Source of the DNA: Sphingomonadaceae bacterium | GTDB taxonomy: Bacteria; Pseudomonadota; Alphaproteobacteria; Sphingomonadales; Sphingomonadaceae | Length of the DNA stretch: 64,000 nucleotides | Direction: 5' to 3' | Assembly (NCBI GenBank): GCA_035566015.1 | Contig: DATMRS010000017.1 | Coordinates: forward strand, 43,449-107,448 | Shown: one piece after another, positions 1-11,029 of the stretch | How the letters are laid out: each line of letters opens with the position of its first letter | How positions within the stretch are numbered: position 1 is the first letter of the stretch | Translations under genes and position numbers: made by a program | The notes under the pieces: generated by a model | What the model was told of the DNA's origin: nothing | Seen by the model: only the letters and a program-made list of their open reading frames with translations | The model's database searches: none

Positions 1-1548
1 ATTCGCGTCCACCTCCTCGCGCGTGTAGCCGGCGATCTCGAACGCCTTGTACATCACCTCCAGCTTGTGATTCCGGATCGCGCCTGATGAGAGTTCAACT
101 CCGTTGCAGACAATATCGTACTGATAAGCAAGGATATCGAGCGGGTCTTTCGTCTCCAGCGCCTCCAGCTCGCCCTGCGGCATCGAGAAGGGGTTGTGGC
201 TGAAATCGATCTTCTTCGCGTCCTCGTCATATTCGAACATCGGGAAATCGACGACCCAGCAGAATTTGAACGCGCCCTCCTCGATCAGACCGAGTTCCTC
301 ACCCGTCCGGGTGCGCGCCGCGCCGGCGAGGCGGGCGGCGTCGAGTTCCTTGCCCGCGGCGAAGAAGACGCCGTCATTTGGGCCGAGGCCAAGCGCGGCG
401 ATCAGCTTCGCGGTCGCCTCGGCCCCATGATTCTTGGCGATCGGGCCGCCGGGCTCGCCATCCTTGATGTTGATATAGCCGAGGCCCGAAAAGCCCTCCT
501 TCTTCGACCAGTCGTTCATGTCGTCGAAGAATTTGCGGCTCTTTGCCCCCGCACCCGGCGCGGGAATGGCGCGCACCACGCCGCCGCCCTCGACAATCCG
601 CGCGAAGATGCCGAAGCCCGATCCCCGGAAATGATCGGTGACGTCGCTGATCTCGATCGGGTTGCGCAGATCGGGCTTGTCCGAACCGTAGCGCAGCATC
701 GCGTCGCGATAGGCGATTCGCGGGAAAGGCAGCGCCGTCACCGCGCGACCGTTCGCAAACTCCTCGAACACACCATGCAGGACGGGCTCTATCGCATTGA
801 AAACATCCTCCTGTGTGACGAAGCTCATCTCAAAATCGAGCTGGTAAAATTCGCCCGGGCTGCGATCGGCGCGCGCATCCTCATCACGGAAGCAGGGCGC
901 GATCTGGAAATAGCGGTCGAAGCCCGCGACCATCAGGAGCTGCTTGAACATCTGCGGCGCCTGGGGGAGCGCGTAGAATTTGCCCGGATGCACGCGACTG
1001 GGCACAAGATAGTCGCGCGCGCCTTCCGGGCTGGACGCGGTGAGGATCGGTGTCTGAAACTCGGTGAAACCCCGCTCGATCATCCGGCGGCGGATTGAAC
1101 TGATGACATTCGAGCGCAGGACGATGTTGCGGTGCAGCCGCTCGCGCCTCAGATCGAGGAAACGATAGCGCAAGCGGATATCCTCGGGATAATCGGCCTC
1201 GCCTGCGACCGGCATCGGCAACTCCTGCGCGGCGGACTGGACGTCCACCTCGCGCGCGCGGACCTCGATCTCGCCGGTCGCGAGATTGGGATTCACCGCC
1301 TCTCCTGCGCGCGCCACCACGTCGCCGGTGATCGTGACGACCGATTCGGCGCGCAGCCGCTCCAACACCTTGAACGCATCGGAATCGACATCGGTGACGA
1401 TCTGGGTGATCCCGTAATGATCGCGCAGATCGACGAACAGCAAGCCGCCATGATCGCGCTTGCGATGCACCCAGCCGGACAGGCGAACCCGATCGCCGAC
1501 ATTCGACGCGCGAAGCTCGGCGCATGTATGGGTACGATAGGCGTGCAT
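1..1548 (-). CDS. aspS: aspartate--tRNA ligase, N-terminal 516 codons (C-terminus runs off the window)
   Basis: My reverse-strand translation from ATG (1548-1546) reads [46 protein letters not shown]...[19 protein letters not shown]...SGAIRNHK. It stays open to base 1. It is absent from the ORF track because it has no in-window stop. Confidence 0.9.
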   Translation of the reverse strand, partial: MHAYRTHTCAELRASNVGDRVRLSGWVHRKRDHGGLLFVDLRDHYGITQIVTDVDSDAFKVLERLRAESVVTITGDVVARAGEAVNPNLATGEIEVRAREVDVQSAAQELPMPVAGEADYPEDIRLRYRFLDLRRERLHRNIVLRSNVISSIRRRMIERGFTEFQTPILTASSPEGARDYLVPSRVHPGKFYALPQAPQMFKQLLMVAGFDRYFQIAPCFRDEDARADRSPGEFYQLDFEMSFVTQEDVFNAIEPVLHGVFEEFANGRAVTALPFPRIAYRDAMLRYGSDKPDLRNPIEISDVTDHFRGSGFGIFARIVEGGGVVRAIPAPGAGAKSRKFFDDMNDWSKKEGFSGLGYINIKDGEPGGPIAKNHGAEATAKLIAALGLGPNDGVFFAAGKELDAARLAGAARTRTGEELGLIEEGAFKFCWVVDFPMFEYDEDAKKIDFSHNPFSMPQGELEALETKDPLDILAYQYDIVCNGVELSSGAIRNHKLEVMYKAFEIAGYTREEVDAN

Positions 1549-1641
1549 CTGCGGGACTTTCTGTAGCTACAAATTACCGTGCGCCGCGTCGTCCATAGGG
1601 GCGCGTCTTGTCAAGGCGGATGGCGGCGCTATGAACCGTCC

Positions 1642-2811
1642 ATGAAAATTCATCCGCTGATAAGCGACAACGCCGCGCTCACCGATCTCGTCGCCCGCCT
1701 CTCGCGATCATCCTTCGTGACGGTCGATACCGAGTTCATGCGTGAGAATACCTACTGGCCCGATCTCTGCCTGATCCAGATCGCCGATTCCGAAGAGGCC
1801 GCCGCGATCGATCCCAAGGCGCCCGGTCTGGACCTCACGCCGCTGCTCGATTTGCTCGTCGAGAATGAGGAGGTGCTGAAGATATTCCATGCCGGCGGCC
1901 AGGACCTCGAAATCGTCCATAATCTGACCGGCAAGACACCCTACCCGCTGTTCGACACACAGGTGGCGGCCATGGCGCTGGGGATGGGCGAGCAGGTCGG
2001 CTACTCGAACCTGGTCGAGAGCATGCTGGGCGTGAAGCTCGACAAGGGCGCGCGCTTCACTGACTGGAGCCGCCGACCGCTCGACAAACGGCAGATCGAC
2101 TATGCGATCGCCGACGTAACGCACCTCGCCATGCTTTTTCCGCGCATGCTCGACAAGTTGCGCAAGACGGGGCGCGGCCAGTGGCTCGATCAGGAGATGG
2201 AACGGCTGGGCGATGTCGCCTCCTATCTTGTCGTTCCCGAACTCGCCTGGACGCGAATCAAGGCGCCGAGCCGCAAGCCCGAGGCGCTGGGCCGGCTGAA
2301 AGCGCTGGCAGCCTGGCGCGAGCGCGAAGCACGATCGAAGAATCTGCCGCGCGGCCGGATCGCGAAGGACGAGACGCTCGCCGATCTCGCCGGCAACCCA
2401 CCGCGTGCGCAGGCGGATCTCGCCAAGGTGCGCGGGCTTTCGTCGAGCTGGGCGAGCAATGATATCGGCCGGCGGCTGATGGAGGCGCTGGCGGCGGCAA
2501 CCCCACTGCCCGACGCGGAAATGCCGGCGCGCGACGATCGCAAGCCCGGCCTCGGCAAGGAAGGCGCGCTGGTTGCCGATCTGCTCAAGCTGCTACTCAA
2601 GGTTCGCGCGCGCGAGGCCGATGTGGCGCCGAAGCTGATCGCCCGCTCAGACGATCTGGAGGCGCTGGCGGCGGGCCGACGCGAGGGAATCGCGATGCTA
2701 GAGGGCTGGCGCTATGACGTGTTCGGCAAGGATGCGCTGGCGCTGGTCGAAGGGCGACTGGCATTCAGCGTGAAGAACGGGCGGATGACGATGTCCGAAG
2801 TGGCGGAATAA
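1642..2811 (+). CDS. rnd: ribonuclease D (3'-5' exonuclease plus HRDC domain)
   Basis: ORF 1579..2811. Likely start is MKIHPLISDN at 1642. Carries the DTEFMRENTYWPDLCLIQIA and YAIADVTHL exonuclease motifs. Confidence 0.85.
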   Translation: MKIHPLISDNAALTDLVARLSRSSFVTVDTEFMRENTYWPDLCLIQIADSEEAAAIDPKAPGLDLTPLLDLLVENEEVLKIFHAGGQDLEIVHNLTGKTPYPLFDTQVAAMALGMGEQVGYSNLVESMLGVKLDKGARFTDWSRRPLDKRQIDYAIADVTHLAMLFPRMLDKLRKTGRGQWLDQEMERLGDVASYLVVPELAWTRIKAPSRKPEALGRLKALAAWREREARSKNLPRGRIAKDETLADLAGNPPRAQADLAKVRGLSSSWASNDIGRRLMEALAAATPLPDAEMPARDDRKPGLGKEGALVADLLKLLLKVRAREADVAPKLIARSDDLEALAAGRREGIAMLEGWRYDVFGKDALALVEGRLAFSVKNGRMTMSEVAE

Positions 2812-2844
2812 CGATCGGGCAGCACCTATCCGATCTGGGGGTGC

Positions 2845-3786
2845 TTACCCGATCGTCAGGAATTTCTCGCGCCGGGCTTCGCGCAGGGCACTGCGGCTTT
2901 GGCCGGCCAGCGCGTCCAGTTCCTCGCCGATGGCGATGCCAAGCAGGGCGATCGCCTGTTCAGGATTGCGGTGCGCACCGCCAATCGGCTCGGGCACGAT
3001 CCGGTCGGCGACGCCCAGGCGCTTGAGATCGGCGGCGGTGATGCTGAGCGCCTGCGCGGCGTCGGCGGCCTTGTCGGCGGTGCGCCACAGGATCGAGGCG
3101 CAGCCTTCGGGTGAAATTACCGAATAAACGGCATGTTCGAACATCAGCACGCGGTTTGCCGCCGCCAGCGCCACCGCGCCGCCCGATCCGCCCTCGCCTA
3201 CTACCACGGCAACCAATGGCACGCCGCAATCCAGGCAGGCCTCCGTACAGCGTGCGATCGCTTCGGCCTGGCCGCGCTCCTCCGCCTGCACGCCCGGGAA
3301 AGCGCCCGACGTATCCACCAGCGTCACGATCGGCAGGCCGAACCGGTCGGCCAGCTTCATCAGGCGGATCGCCTTGCGATAGCCCTCCGGCTTCGCCATG
3401 CCGAAATTATGCTTGAGCCGCGTGGCGGTATCGTCGCCCTTCTCGTGGCCTATCACCATCACGCGCCGACCGCCGATCCGGCCGAGGCCACCGATGATCG
3501 CCGCATCGTCGGCAAAGGCGCGGTCGCCCGCAAGCGGCACGAAATTGTCGACGAAGCCGGCGACATAATTCTTGAAATGCGGCCGCTCGGGATGGCGGGC
3601 GACCTGCGTCTTCTGCCACGGCGTCAGCTTCGCATAGGTATCGCGCAGCAGCCGTTCGGACTTGGCCTCAAGCTTCGAAACCTCGCTTTCAATATCGAGC
3701 GAGCCCGCCTCGGCCGTTTCGCGCAATTCCGCGATCCGCCCCTGAAGCTCCGCGATTGGCTTTTCAAATTCGAGGAAGGTCACCAT
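2845..3786 (-). CDS. accA: acetyl-CoA carboxylase carboxyltransferase alpha subunit
   Basis: 313-aa [25 protein letters not shown]...[18 protein letters not shown]...[10 protein letters not shown]-like, typical AccA. Confidence 0.93.
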   Translation of the reverse strand: MVTFLEFEKPIAELQGRIAELRETAEAGSLDIESEVSKLEAKSERLLRDTYAKLTPWQKTQVARHPERPHFKNYVAGFVDNFVPLAGDRAFADDAAIIGGLGRIGGRRVMVIGHEKGDDTATRLKHNFGMAKPEGYRKAIRLMKLADRFGLPIVTLVDTSGAFPGVQAEERGQAEAIARCTEACLDCGVPLVAVVVGEGGSGGAVALAAANRVLMFEHAVYSVISPEGCASILWRTADKAADAAQALSITAADLKRLGVADRIVPEPIGGAHRNPEQAIALLGIAIGEELDALAGQSRSALREARREKFLTIG

Positions 3787-3868
3787 CCTTCCGGCGGTTA
3801 AGCCCGAGATTCGGCCACGTCAACGCAGAGGAGAAGCCTGCCCACGCTTTTCTGCGGCCGCGGCAGCC

Positions 3869-5011
3869 TCAATATTCGGCCTCGATCAAGTCGCGGTCGA
3901 GCGTGACGCCGAGCCCCGGTTTCTCCGACAACAGGACGAAGCCGGCATCGGTGATGACCGGCGCGTCCAGATAGGGAAGGACATAATTCCGATAGGCCGA
4001 TACCGGCGGGTTATGCAGCACCTCCACATAAGGCGAACACAGTGCGGCAGCGATGTGCATCTGACAGATGGTGCCGAGGCTCTGATAGCCCTCATGCGGG
4101 ATGATCGTCACACCGAAGGCCTCGGCCAAGGCCGCGATCTTGAAGAAGCGGCCGGGTCCGGTCAGCATCACCTCGGGCTGCCAGCAGCCGAAACAGTCAC
4201 GAATCGCATAGTGGCGGAAATCGGCCAGATCGACATTATTCTCCCCACCGGCGAGGAGAATATCGAGCCGGCTGTTGAGCGCGGCAAGACCGTCGAGATC
4301 GGTACGGGCCAAGGGCTCCTCAAGCCAGCCGACGCCCAGTTCCTGATAGGCTTTTCCCGTCGCAAGCGCGCGATCCAGATCCCAGGAGATGCCGCTTAGA
4401 TTTCGGCCGCGCGCCTGATTGGCGTCGCACAGGATCATGAAATCGTCCGATGTCGCCGTGCGCACGCTTTCGACCAGCCGGATATCCTCGCCAATCGTCT
4501 CCCAATGGGGGCGAAGCTTGATCGCCTTCCATCCTTCCGCATGGACGCGGACGGCAAGATCGGTCCTCTCCTCGATCGACGCGCCCCGCCCGATCGTGCT
4601 GCAATAAGCGAGCACTTCGCCGCTCTCGCCGCCCCAGAGGCGATAGAGCGGCTGGCCCAGCAACCGACCGGCGATATCCCAGAGCGCGATCTCGGCCGAA
4701 GCGACGTTCTTGCCGGAGAGCCCGCGATCGCCCCGTTCAAGTCGGGCGACATGGCCGGCAATGGGAAAGAGCGGCTGGCCGATCAGGCATTCGCGAATCC
4801 GGGCCAGCGCGTCGGGCTCGACTCCCGGCGCAAGCCCAAGGACGCCCTCATCCGTTTCCAGCTCAAGAATATGGTTGCCGCCGATCTGCCCCCGAAAGGA
4901 AGGCCCGGCGCCGGGCAGAGGGCCGAGGTCTTCGACGAGGCGCAGCGCATATTGGCGGACGGCGACAATATGTGTGTGGCCCGCCGATGCGATGCCCTCC
5001 GGTTCCTTCAT
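3869..5011 (-). CDS. enolase-superfamily enzyme (mandelate racemase/muconate lactonizing family, dehydratase-like)
   Basis: C-terminal 380 aa of ORF 3869..5380. Start taken at MKEPEG (ATG 5011-5009), because the longer ORF overlaps the upstream TauD-like gene. Metal-ligand-type motifs present: ILCDANQA, WLEEP, GGEN. Confidence 0.8.
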   Translation of the reverse strand: MKEPEGIASAGHTHIVAVRQYALRLVEDLGPLPGAGPSFRGQIGGNHILELETDEGVLGLAPGVEPDALARIRECLIGQPLFPIAGHVARLERGDRGLSGKNVASAEIALWDIAGRLLGQPLYRLWGGESGEVLAYCSTIGRGASIEERTDLAVRVHAEGWKAIKLRPHWETIGEDIRLVESVRTATSDDFMILCDANQARGRNLSGISWDLDRALATGKAYQELGVGWLEEPLARTDLDGLAALNSRLDILLAGGENNVDLADFRHYAIRDCFGCWQPEVMLTGPGRFFKIAALAEAFGVTIIPHEGYQSLGTICQMHIAAALCSPYVEVLHNPPVSAYRNYVLPYLDAPVITDAGFVLLSEKPGLGVTLDRDLIEAEY

Positions 5012-5036
5012 GGCCCCTCCCCCTTCTCTTGTGGAT

Positions 5037-6029
5037 TTAGGCCGAGGCCGCTGCCTTGAGCTTTTCCCGGCGCAGCCGCTTGCGCGTAACTTCGGGAAAA
5101 TTGTCGGGCACGGGCGGCGTGTCCTCGGGGGCCAGCCAGAGACGAAGGAGAAGCCGTTTCCGTGTTTCGGAATTCTGGAACTCGCGTCGGCCATGGAGGA
5201 CCGTGCGGTTGTTCCAAAAAAGAATCTCGCCATCCTCCAGCAGGAACTCCGCCCGCGTATTCTCGGCGACATCGCGCAGGAAATGCAGCGCCTCATCGAG
5301 TTGCGGCGGAAATGTCTCGCCTCGTTTTTTGGCCGCATTGCGCATGCCGCCGTCCTGCAACTCGCAAGCGAGTTCGCCATTCACGTCGGCAAAGATCACC
5401 ACCTTGCGGTCCGTCAACACCTCGTCCTGGCTGATCATCGCATAATAGCCTTCGAAAAGCGCGGGCAGCAGATCAGGCCGGCGGCGTAGAAACTCGTTAT
5501 AGATGGTGGGCACGCTCGCGATCACGCTGGTGCCGCCATGCTCGGCGCGGCGGACGCAGGCGAGGCCCACCACCTCGTCGGTATCGGTGTGGAAACCGGC
5601 CTCATGCGAGCTGCGATAGCCGCGGCCCTTGGTGCGTTTGTCATAGGGGTTTTGCGGATCGGCCTCCTCCTCGACATAGCCCATGAGGTCGCCAAGATCG
5701 TTCTGCCATGATGGCCGGCCCAGATGCGTGCCCAGCCCCCAATAAATCCGCTCGATCCCGTCGCGGCCATATCGGTCCGCGGGCAAGCCGGTGAGCACGG
5801 TGGCACCCGGTCCGGTGCGCAGATCGGCTATTATCTTTTCGGCCAGGCGGCGGATGACAGGATGATCGAAATCCTCGCGCGTTACCGACAGGCTGGGCTT
5901 GTCACGCGTCCTGGCAAGCATCTCGTCGAGCGCGGCAAGCTCCTCCGGTTCGAGATGGCGGAGGAATATATCCTTCGGCGGGTTGCGCCAGGCCGTTTGA
6001 TTTTCGATCAAGTCACTGCCGATCTTCAT
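5037..6029 (-). CDS. TauD/TfdA-family Fe(II)/2-oxoglutarate-dependent dioxygenase
   Basis: ORF 5037..6074. An HTDTD (HxD) facial-triad motif and a distal H in NNRTVLHGR. Start MKIGSD at 6029 preferred because GGAG lies 8 nt upstream. The alternative start is 6074. Confidence 0.75.
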   Translation of the reverse strand: MKIGSDLIENQTAWRNPPKDIFLRHLEPEELAALDEMLARTRDKPSLSVTREDFDHPVIRRLAEKIIADLRTGPGATVLTGLPADRYGRDGIERIYWGLGTHLGRPSWQNDLGDLMGYVEEEADPQNPYDKRTKGRGYRSSHEAGFHTDTDEVVGLACVRRAEHGGTSVIASVPTIYNEFLRRRPDLLPALFEGYYAMISQDEVLTDRKVVIFADVNGELACELQDGGMRNAAKKRGETFPPQLDEALHFLRDVAENTRAEFLLEDGEILFWNNRTVLHGRREFQNSETRKRLLLRLWLAPEDTPPVPDNFPEVTRKRLRREKLKAAASA

Positions 6030-6319
6030 CTCGTCGCTCCATCCTCGGGTGGCGATATCCGCTGCAAGGCCCATGCCGGCGGGAACTCGGGATCGTCGGC
6101 GCCCTTGCCGTTACCGGATCACTCGACAGTAAACCGTAAATCCAGTTTTTTCGGTTTTCAAGCGATAAAACCCATATAGGATCGCGTGCATTTTCGTGCT
6201 GTGCGGCCCTTGAAGTGGGCGCCTGGACGAGAGTGACGCCCATTCGATTGTCGTACTTGACGCGGAAGTATCGCTTGCCGTAACTCTAAAACCTAGACGA
6301 ATGGCATAATAGGGCCTGC

Positions 6320-7186
6320 ATGATTGATGAAGCGCTTATCCAGGAAGTGTCGGAAGATTTATATTCGGCCGCACTCCGCCGCGTCCCTCCCGACACGGTC
6401 CGTGCGCTGGAACGCGCACGCGGACGGGAAGAACAGGAGAGCGCCCGCGCAACGCTCGACCTGATGCTGCGCAGCGCCGCCGCGGCCGAGGCGAACGACA
6501 AGTTCGTCTGCTCCGACAGCGGCGTGCCGACCTACCTGGTGGAAATCGGCGGCAGTGCCCAGTGGCAGGGCGATATCAAGGCGGCGATCACGCGCGGTTT
6601 CGCGCATCTGGTGGACACCATTTCGCCGCCCCTCCTCAAGCATGTGAACAACCCTCTCACCAATGAGCGCGGCTTTGCCGGCAAGGACATGCCTTCGATC
6701 AGCGTCGATCTGATCGGGAATGCCGATTATATCGATATCACCTGCATTCCCAAAGCGCTTGGATCGGGGCGTTGGGCGTCGATCAAAACGTTCATCTCTC
6801 CCTCGCTGGAAGAGATCGAGAGCTGCGTCATGGATGCAATCCTCGAAGCCGGATCACAGCATTGCCCTCCGGTCGTCGTCGGCGTGGGTATCGGCGGCAA
6901 TTTCGACCTGACGGCAAAACTGGCGAATCGCGCAACCTATCGCGAGATAGGATCGATCAATCCCGAGCCGATGCTGGCCGCTATGGAAGAGCGGCTGGCC
7001 GAGGCCGCGAACGCAACCGGCTTTGGGCCGATGGGCGTCGGCGGTTCGACGACCGTGCTCGCGGTGCATATCGATTACGCCTTCGGGCATGGCTACACGC
7101 CCGTCGCGGTATGCTTCAACTGCTGGATCAACCGGCGGGCGAAGGCACGGCTGCACAGCGACGGCCGCATCGAGCGGATCTTCTGA
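6320..7186 (+). CDS. Fe-S type hydro-lyase alpha subunit (class I fumarate hydratase / L(+)-tartrate dehydratase family, N-terminal domain protein)
   Basis: 288-aa ORF with CSDSGVPTY..., GVGIGG and ...AVCFNCW motifs typical of the family. Confidence 0.8.
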   Translation: MIDEALIQEVSEDLYSAALRRVPPDTVRALERARGREEQESARATLDLMLRSAAAAEANDKFVCSDSGVPTYLVEIGGSAQWQGDIKAAITRGFAHLVDTISPPLLKHVNNPLTNERGFAGKDMPSISVDLIGNADYIDITCIPKALGSGRWASIKTFISPSLEEIESCVMDAILEAGSQHCPPVVVGVGIGGNFDLTAKLANRATYREIGSINPEPMLAAMEERLAEAANATGFGPMGVGGSTTVLAVHIDYAFGHGYTPVAVCFNCWINRRAKARLHSDGRIERIF

Positions 7187-7818
7187 TGGCGACCGTCCAC
7201 CTCTCCTGCCCTCCGCCGCGCGCAGAGATAGAAAAGCTTGCCGTCGGGGATCTCGTCTATCTCACCGGCGAGGTGATCGTCACTGGCGGGCAACCGGCGC
7301 ATAAGCGCCTGATCGCCCATATCGAAGGCGGCCTACCCGTCCCGATCGACATGTCGGGGGTGTTCATCCACCTGCCGCACATGATCGAGGAAAGGCCGGA
7401 CGGCGACGGCTATGAGATTCATTATGTGAACCCCACGACGAGCCGTCGCTTCGACGAATATATGCCCGCGATCATCCGCGCCTTCGACCTGAAGATCGTT
7501 GGCGGGAAGGGCGGGCTGGGGCGCGATGTCGTCGCGGCGATGCGCGGGACGGGGTGCGCCTATCTGTCGCTGCTGGGCGGCGGAAGCGCGATCCTGTCGC
7601 AAGCTATCAAGAAGGTCCTCCAGGTCGAATGGCGCGACTTCCCGCCGCATTTCCGCCTGACCAAACTTTATGTGGAAGAGTTGGGGCCGCTGACCGTTGG
7701 CATCGATGCCCACGGCAATTCCATCTACGAACAGATCGAAACCACGGCGCGCGCGCGCTTGCCCGAGATCATGGCACGTCTCGCGAAGCGGCGCGAAGCG
7801 GCGGAGGGGACGCGCTGA
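7186..7818 (+). CDS. Fe-S type hydro-lyase beta subunit (fumarate hydratase C-terminal domain protein)
   Basis: In-frame part of ORF 6772..7818 starting MATVHLSCPPPRAEIEKLAVGDLVYLTGEVIVTGG. Its ATG overlaps the alpha-subunit stop (ATGA at 7184-7188). Confidence 0.8.
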   Translation: MATVHLSCPPPRAEIEKLAVGDLVYLTGEVIVTGGQPAHKRLIAHIEGGLPVPIDMSGVFIHLPHMIEERPDGDGYEIHYVNPTTSRRFDEYMPAIIRAFDLKIVGGKGGLGRDVVAAMRGTGCAYLSLLGGGSAILSQAIKKVLQVEWRDFPPHFRLTKLYVEELGPLTVGIDAHGNSIYEQIETTARARLPEIMARLAKRREAAEGTR

Positions 7819-7820
7819 CC

Positions 7821-8471
7821 ATGAGCAACATCGCCCCCCTCTTCATCGATCCCGCGCGCGACACGGCGTTCAAGCGCGGCATCTTCAACGCGATCATCGC
7901 GCCCCGTCCGATCGGGTGGATCAGCACGGTAAACAGTGAAGGGCAGGCGAACCTCGCCCCCTTTTCCTATTTCAATATCGTGTCGAACCTGCCGCCCATC
8001 CTGATGTTCTCTTGCAATACGCCCGAGGACAGGGACGCCAAGGATACGCTTGCCAATGTTCGGGCAACGGGGGAGTTCGTCTTCAACCTCGTCAGCGCCG
8101 ATTTGGCGGAGGCGATGAACGAGACGTCGACCCCGGTTCCGCACCATGTCGACGAGTTCGAACATGCCGGCATTGCGAAGGCCGCATCGATCAAGGTGCG
8201 CGCGCCACGCGTCGCGGCCTCTCCGTGCAGCCTCGAATGCAGGGTCGTCCACACCCTGTCCTTTGGCGGCGACGAGGGGCCGGAAACCAACATCACCTTC
8301 GGCCAGGTCGTCGGCATGCATATCGCGCCAGGCTTCCTCCACGAGGATGGCCATTTCGACACACTCGCGGCGCAACCCATATCCCGGCTCGGGGGAGCCG
8401 AATATGCAGTCACACAGCACAGCTTTGAACTTACCCGCCGCTTTACTCGCGCGAACGAAGCTACATACTGA
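7821..8471 (+). CDS. flavin reductase-like (FMN-binding split-barrel) protein
   Basis: In-frame part of ORF 7554..8471 from MSNIAPLF. Contains ...RPIGWISTVNSEGQANLAPFSYFN..., the flavin reductase family signature. Confidence 0.8.
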   Translation: MSNIAPLFIDPARDTAFKRGIFNAIIAPRPIGWISTVNSEGQANLAPFSYFNIVSNLPPILMFSCNTPEDRDAKDTLANVRATGEFVFNLVSADLAEAMNETSTPVPHHVDEFEHAGIAKAASIKVRAPRVAASPCSLECRVVHTLSFGGDEGPETNITFGQVVGMHIAPGFLHEDGHFDTLAAQPISRLGGAEYAVTQHSFELTRRFTRANEATY

Positions 8472-8487
8472 GAGAGCCAGCATAAAG

Positions 8488-9318
8488 ATGACCAGCATAG
8501 AAAGAAGGCCGGCCCTCCTCCAGTTGGGAGAAACGCCGGGAAAGGCGCAGCGGATTCTGGCCCGCGGCCAGAATTTCGTCGTCGAGCATATGATTGATGA
8601 TGGCACCGGCCATTTCGGCTTTGCCTCAGCGACCGAAAGCATCCTGTTGCTCCCGACAGCGGCGGTAAGACTTTCCGGCGATCTGACCGCCGATCTTCCA
8701 CGCCGGTCGATCGTCATCGTGCCGGCGGGCGCCTATGAGATGCGACTGGTGGAGGCAGGGGACCTATATCTCCTGTCGACCGACCGGCTGGATATCGACG
8801 ATCGCCAGGAACTGAACGCCGATATGTACGCCGATCCGGATCCACGCGTCCGGCCGGTGGGACCACCCTTCAAGCGGGCCGGTACGTCCGAGGATATCCG
8901 GATATATCCGGTCGAGCAGATTCCCATCCCGCCGGACAATGGGCGGCTGCGCTTTCTTCAAAGCGAGACGATGAGCCTCAACTGGGTGGAATATAGCGGC
9001 ACGCGCGGCCGCGACGCGCTGAGCCCTCACGCGCACGACGATTTCGAGCAGGCGTCGCTGGCGATCGAGGGTGATTTCGTTCACCATCTGCGAACGCCCT
9101 GGGGCCGCAACGCAGACTTATGGAGGGAGGATGAGCATGTCCCCGCCGGCGCGGGCAGCATCACGATCATCCCGCCGCACATAATCCATACGACCGAGGG
9201 CGTCGGCGATGGTCTGCATATTCTCGTCGATATCTTCGCGCCTCCTCGCCGTGATTTCATCGCGAAGAATTGGATATTCAATGCCCGGGATTATGCCGAT
9301 CCAATGGAGGCCGCCTGA
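8488..9318 (+). CDS. cupin-domain protein
   Basis: In-frame part of ORF 8146..9318 from MTSIERRP (ATG 8488). The His-rich HAHDDFEQ...FVHH...PPHIIH pattern suggests a metal-binding cupin. Confidence 0.6.
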   Translation: MTSIERRPALLQLGETPGKAQRILARGQNFVVEHMIDDGTGHFGFASATESILLLPTAAVRLSGDLTADLPRRSIVIVPAGAYEMRLVEAGDLYLLSTDRLDIDDRQELNADMYADPDPRVRPVGPPFKRAGTSEDIRIYPVEQIPIPPDNGRLRFLQSETMSLNWVEYSGTRGRDALSPHAHDDFEQASLAIEGDFVHHLRTPWGRNADLWREDEHVPAGAGSITIIPPHIIHTTEGVGDGLHILVDIFAPPRRDFIAKNWIFNARDYADPMEAA

Positions 9319-9453
9319 TGTTTTCACGGAAACATGCGGGCTTTGTGCCCTGTCCGTACATATTTGCAATGCTGGTAAAGCTAATCCTCGATTATAGTAC
9401 GCCCCCCCAGCAGCACGGCTGTTGATCGGGCAGAAGATCGAGGAGGTACTTTC

Positions 9454-10245
9454 TTGTCATCCGAGGAACCGACACCGATGCCTTCGAGCATAGCGGACAA
9501 ATCCGGCGACTGGGGCAGCAGGCAGGCTGCGGAATTACGTAATCGTGGCGTGTCTCGCTACGTCCAGCTCGCCACGCTGTTCCGTCGTCGAATAGAGACG
9601 GGCGTCTGGGATGTGGGCGCGCGCATTCCCACGGTGAGCGAACTGGCGGTTTCCTGCGACGTAGCGCGCGAAACGGTTCGTCAGGCGCTCGACATTCTGG
9701 AGACAGAGGGTCTGATCCGGCGCTATCGCGCCAAAGGGACCTTCGTGACCGCCGCGCCGCGCGAACAGCTCTGGTGCCAGCTCGAAACCAACTTCCTGGG
9801 TCTGTTGCAGGCACGCGAAGGCGCCCAGATCGAACTGCTGGGCGAGGAGCGGAAGACGCAGATCAGCGGCAATATCGAATTCGGTGCGCTTGAACCCGCC
9901 TATCGCCGTCTGCAACGCCGCCACTGGCGCGATGAGCAGCCCTATATGATCGCGGACGTGTTCATTTCCGAAAAATGGGTCAATAAAATTCCCAGGGCCG
10001 CGTTCAGTAGCAAGACCGCGCTCAAGCTTGTCGCTGATATCAACGAATTGAAGATCAGCGATGTCGAGCAGATCATGACGATCAATGTCGCGGATCTGGA
10101 AGCATCGGAGGCGCTGCGAATCCCGCTCAATGCGCCGGTTGCCCAGATCGAACGTTACGCGATCGATTCGAACGGCATGCTCGTCCTCTTCGCCCGTAAT
10201 ATCTATCGCGGCGACGTGGTTCGACTGAACATAAAATCCAAATAG
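9454..10245 (+). CDS. GntR/HutC-family transcriptional regulator (winged HTH plus UTRA domain)
   Basis: 263-aa ORF. VSELAVSCDVARETVRQALDILETEGLIRRYRAKGTFV is the GntR HTH signature. The start codon is non-ATG (TTG). Confidence 0.85.
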   Translation: MSSEEPTPMPSSIADKSGDWGSRQAAELRNRGVSRYVQLATLFRRRIETGVWDVGARIPTVSELAVSCDVARETVRQALDILETEGLIRRYRAKGTFVTAAPREQLWCQLETNFLGLLQAREGAQIELLGEERKTQISGNIEFGALEPAYRRLQRRHWRDEQPYMIADVFISEKWVNKIPRAAFSSKTALKLVADINELKISDVEQIMTINVADLEASEALRIPLNAPVAQIERYAIDSNGMLVLFARNIYRGDVVRLNIKSK

Positions 10246-10272
10246 GATAAGAAAGCCGAGACACGCGACGTC

Positions 10273-10989
10273 ATGAACAAAATCTATCCCTCGGCGCAAG
10301 CCGCCCTCGAAGGCGTGGCTTTCGACGGCATGACGCTGATGTCGGGCGGTTTCGGCCTGACGGGCAATCCGGAAAATCTAATCACGGGCCTGCTGGAAAC
10401 CGGCGTGCGCGGCCTCACCGTCATTTCGAACAATTGTGGCGCCGAAGGCTTCGGTCTGTGGGCGCTGCTCAACAACGGACAGATCGCCAAGATGGTGTCG
10501 TCCTATATCGGCAACAACCAGCTCTTCGCCGACCTTTATTTGCGGGGAGAACTGGAGCTGGAGCTTAATCCTCAGGGCACGTTGGCCGAGCGGATAAGGG
10601 CGGGGGGCGCCGGAATCGCGGCTTTCTATACGCGAACGGGGGTCGGCACAATCGTCGCGGCCGGAAAGCCGACCGAGGACTTCAACGGGGAAACCTATGT
10701 CCGCGAAACCTGCCTCACCGCCGATCTCGCCATTGTGAAGGCCTGGAAGGGCGATCCCGCCGGGAACCTCGTCTATCGAAAGACCGCGCGCAACTTCAAT
10801 CCCGACATGGCCACCGCCGCCAAGGTGACGATCGCCGAAGTCGAGGAGCTCGTGCCCGCCGGCGCGCTCGATCCCGATCAGGTCCATACGCCCGGCATCT
10901 ATGTCGACCGCCTGATCCAGGGCGAGCATTACGAGAAACGGATCGAGTTCCGGACAATCCGGGCGCGGCCCGACGCCATGCAATCTTGA
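10273..10989 (+). CDS. 3-oxoacid CoA-transferase subunit A
   Basis: 238 aa. [29 protein letters not shown]...[26 protein letters not shown]...[30 protein letters not shown] is the classic ScoA/PcaI sequence. No B-subunit gene follows. Confidence 0.9.
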   Translation: MNKIYPSAQAALEGVAFDGMTLMSGGFGLTGNPENLITGLLETGVRGLTVISNNCGAEGFGLWALLNNGQIAKMVSSYIGNNQLFADLYLRGELELELNPQGTLAERIRAGGAGIAAFYTRTGVGTIVAAGKPTEDFNGETYVRETCLTADLAIVKAWKGDPAGNLVYRKTARNFNPDMATAAKVTIAEVEELVPAGALDPDQVHTPGIYVDRLIQGEHYEKRIEFRTIRARPDAMQS

Positions 10990-11029
10990 AAGAGGACGAC
11001 GCATAGCGCCGTCTAAACAGGGCACCGAC

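Noticed and set aside
5012-5380. N-terminal extension of the enolase-superfamily ORF (503-aa version). Similar 5' extensions occur for ORFs 19749..21731, 28941..30017, 12240..14549 and 21107..22156.
   Set aside because: The extensions overlap the well-supported upstream genes and translate to Arg/Ser/Cys-rich junk. Internal Met starts give normal family lengths and, in several cases, ATGA stop/start coupling.
6240-6262. Possible GntR/HutC operator half-sites containing GTAC (tgtcgtacttgac at about 6248; also tgtccgtacata at about 9350 and tatagtacgc at about 9393)
   Set aside because: Only a 4-nt common core with no convincing dyad symmetry. It cannot be distinguished from chance without a motif search across co-regulated promoters.
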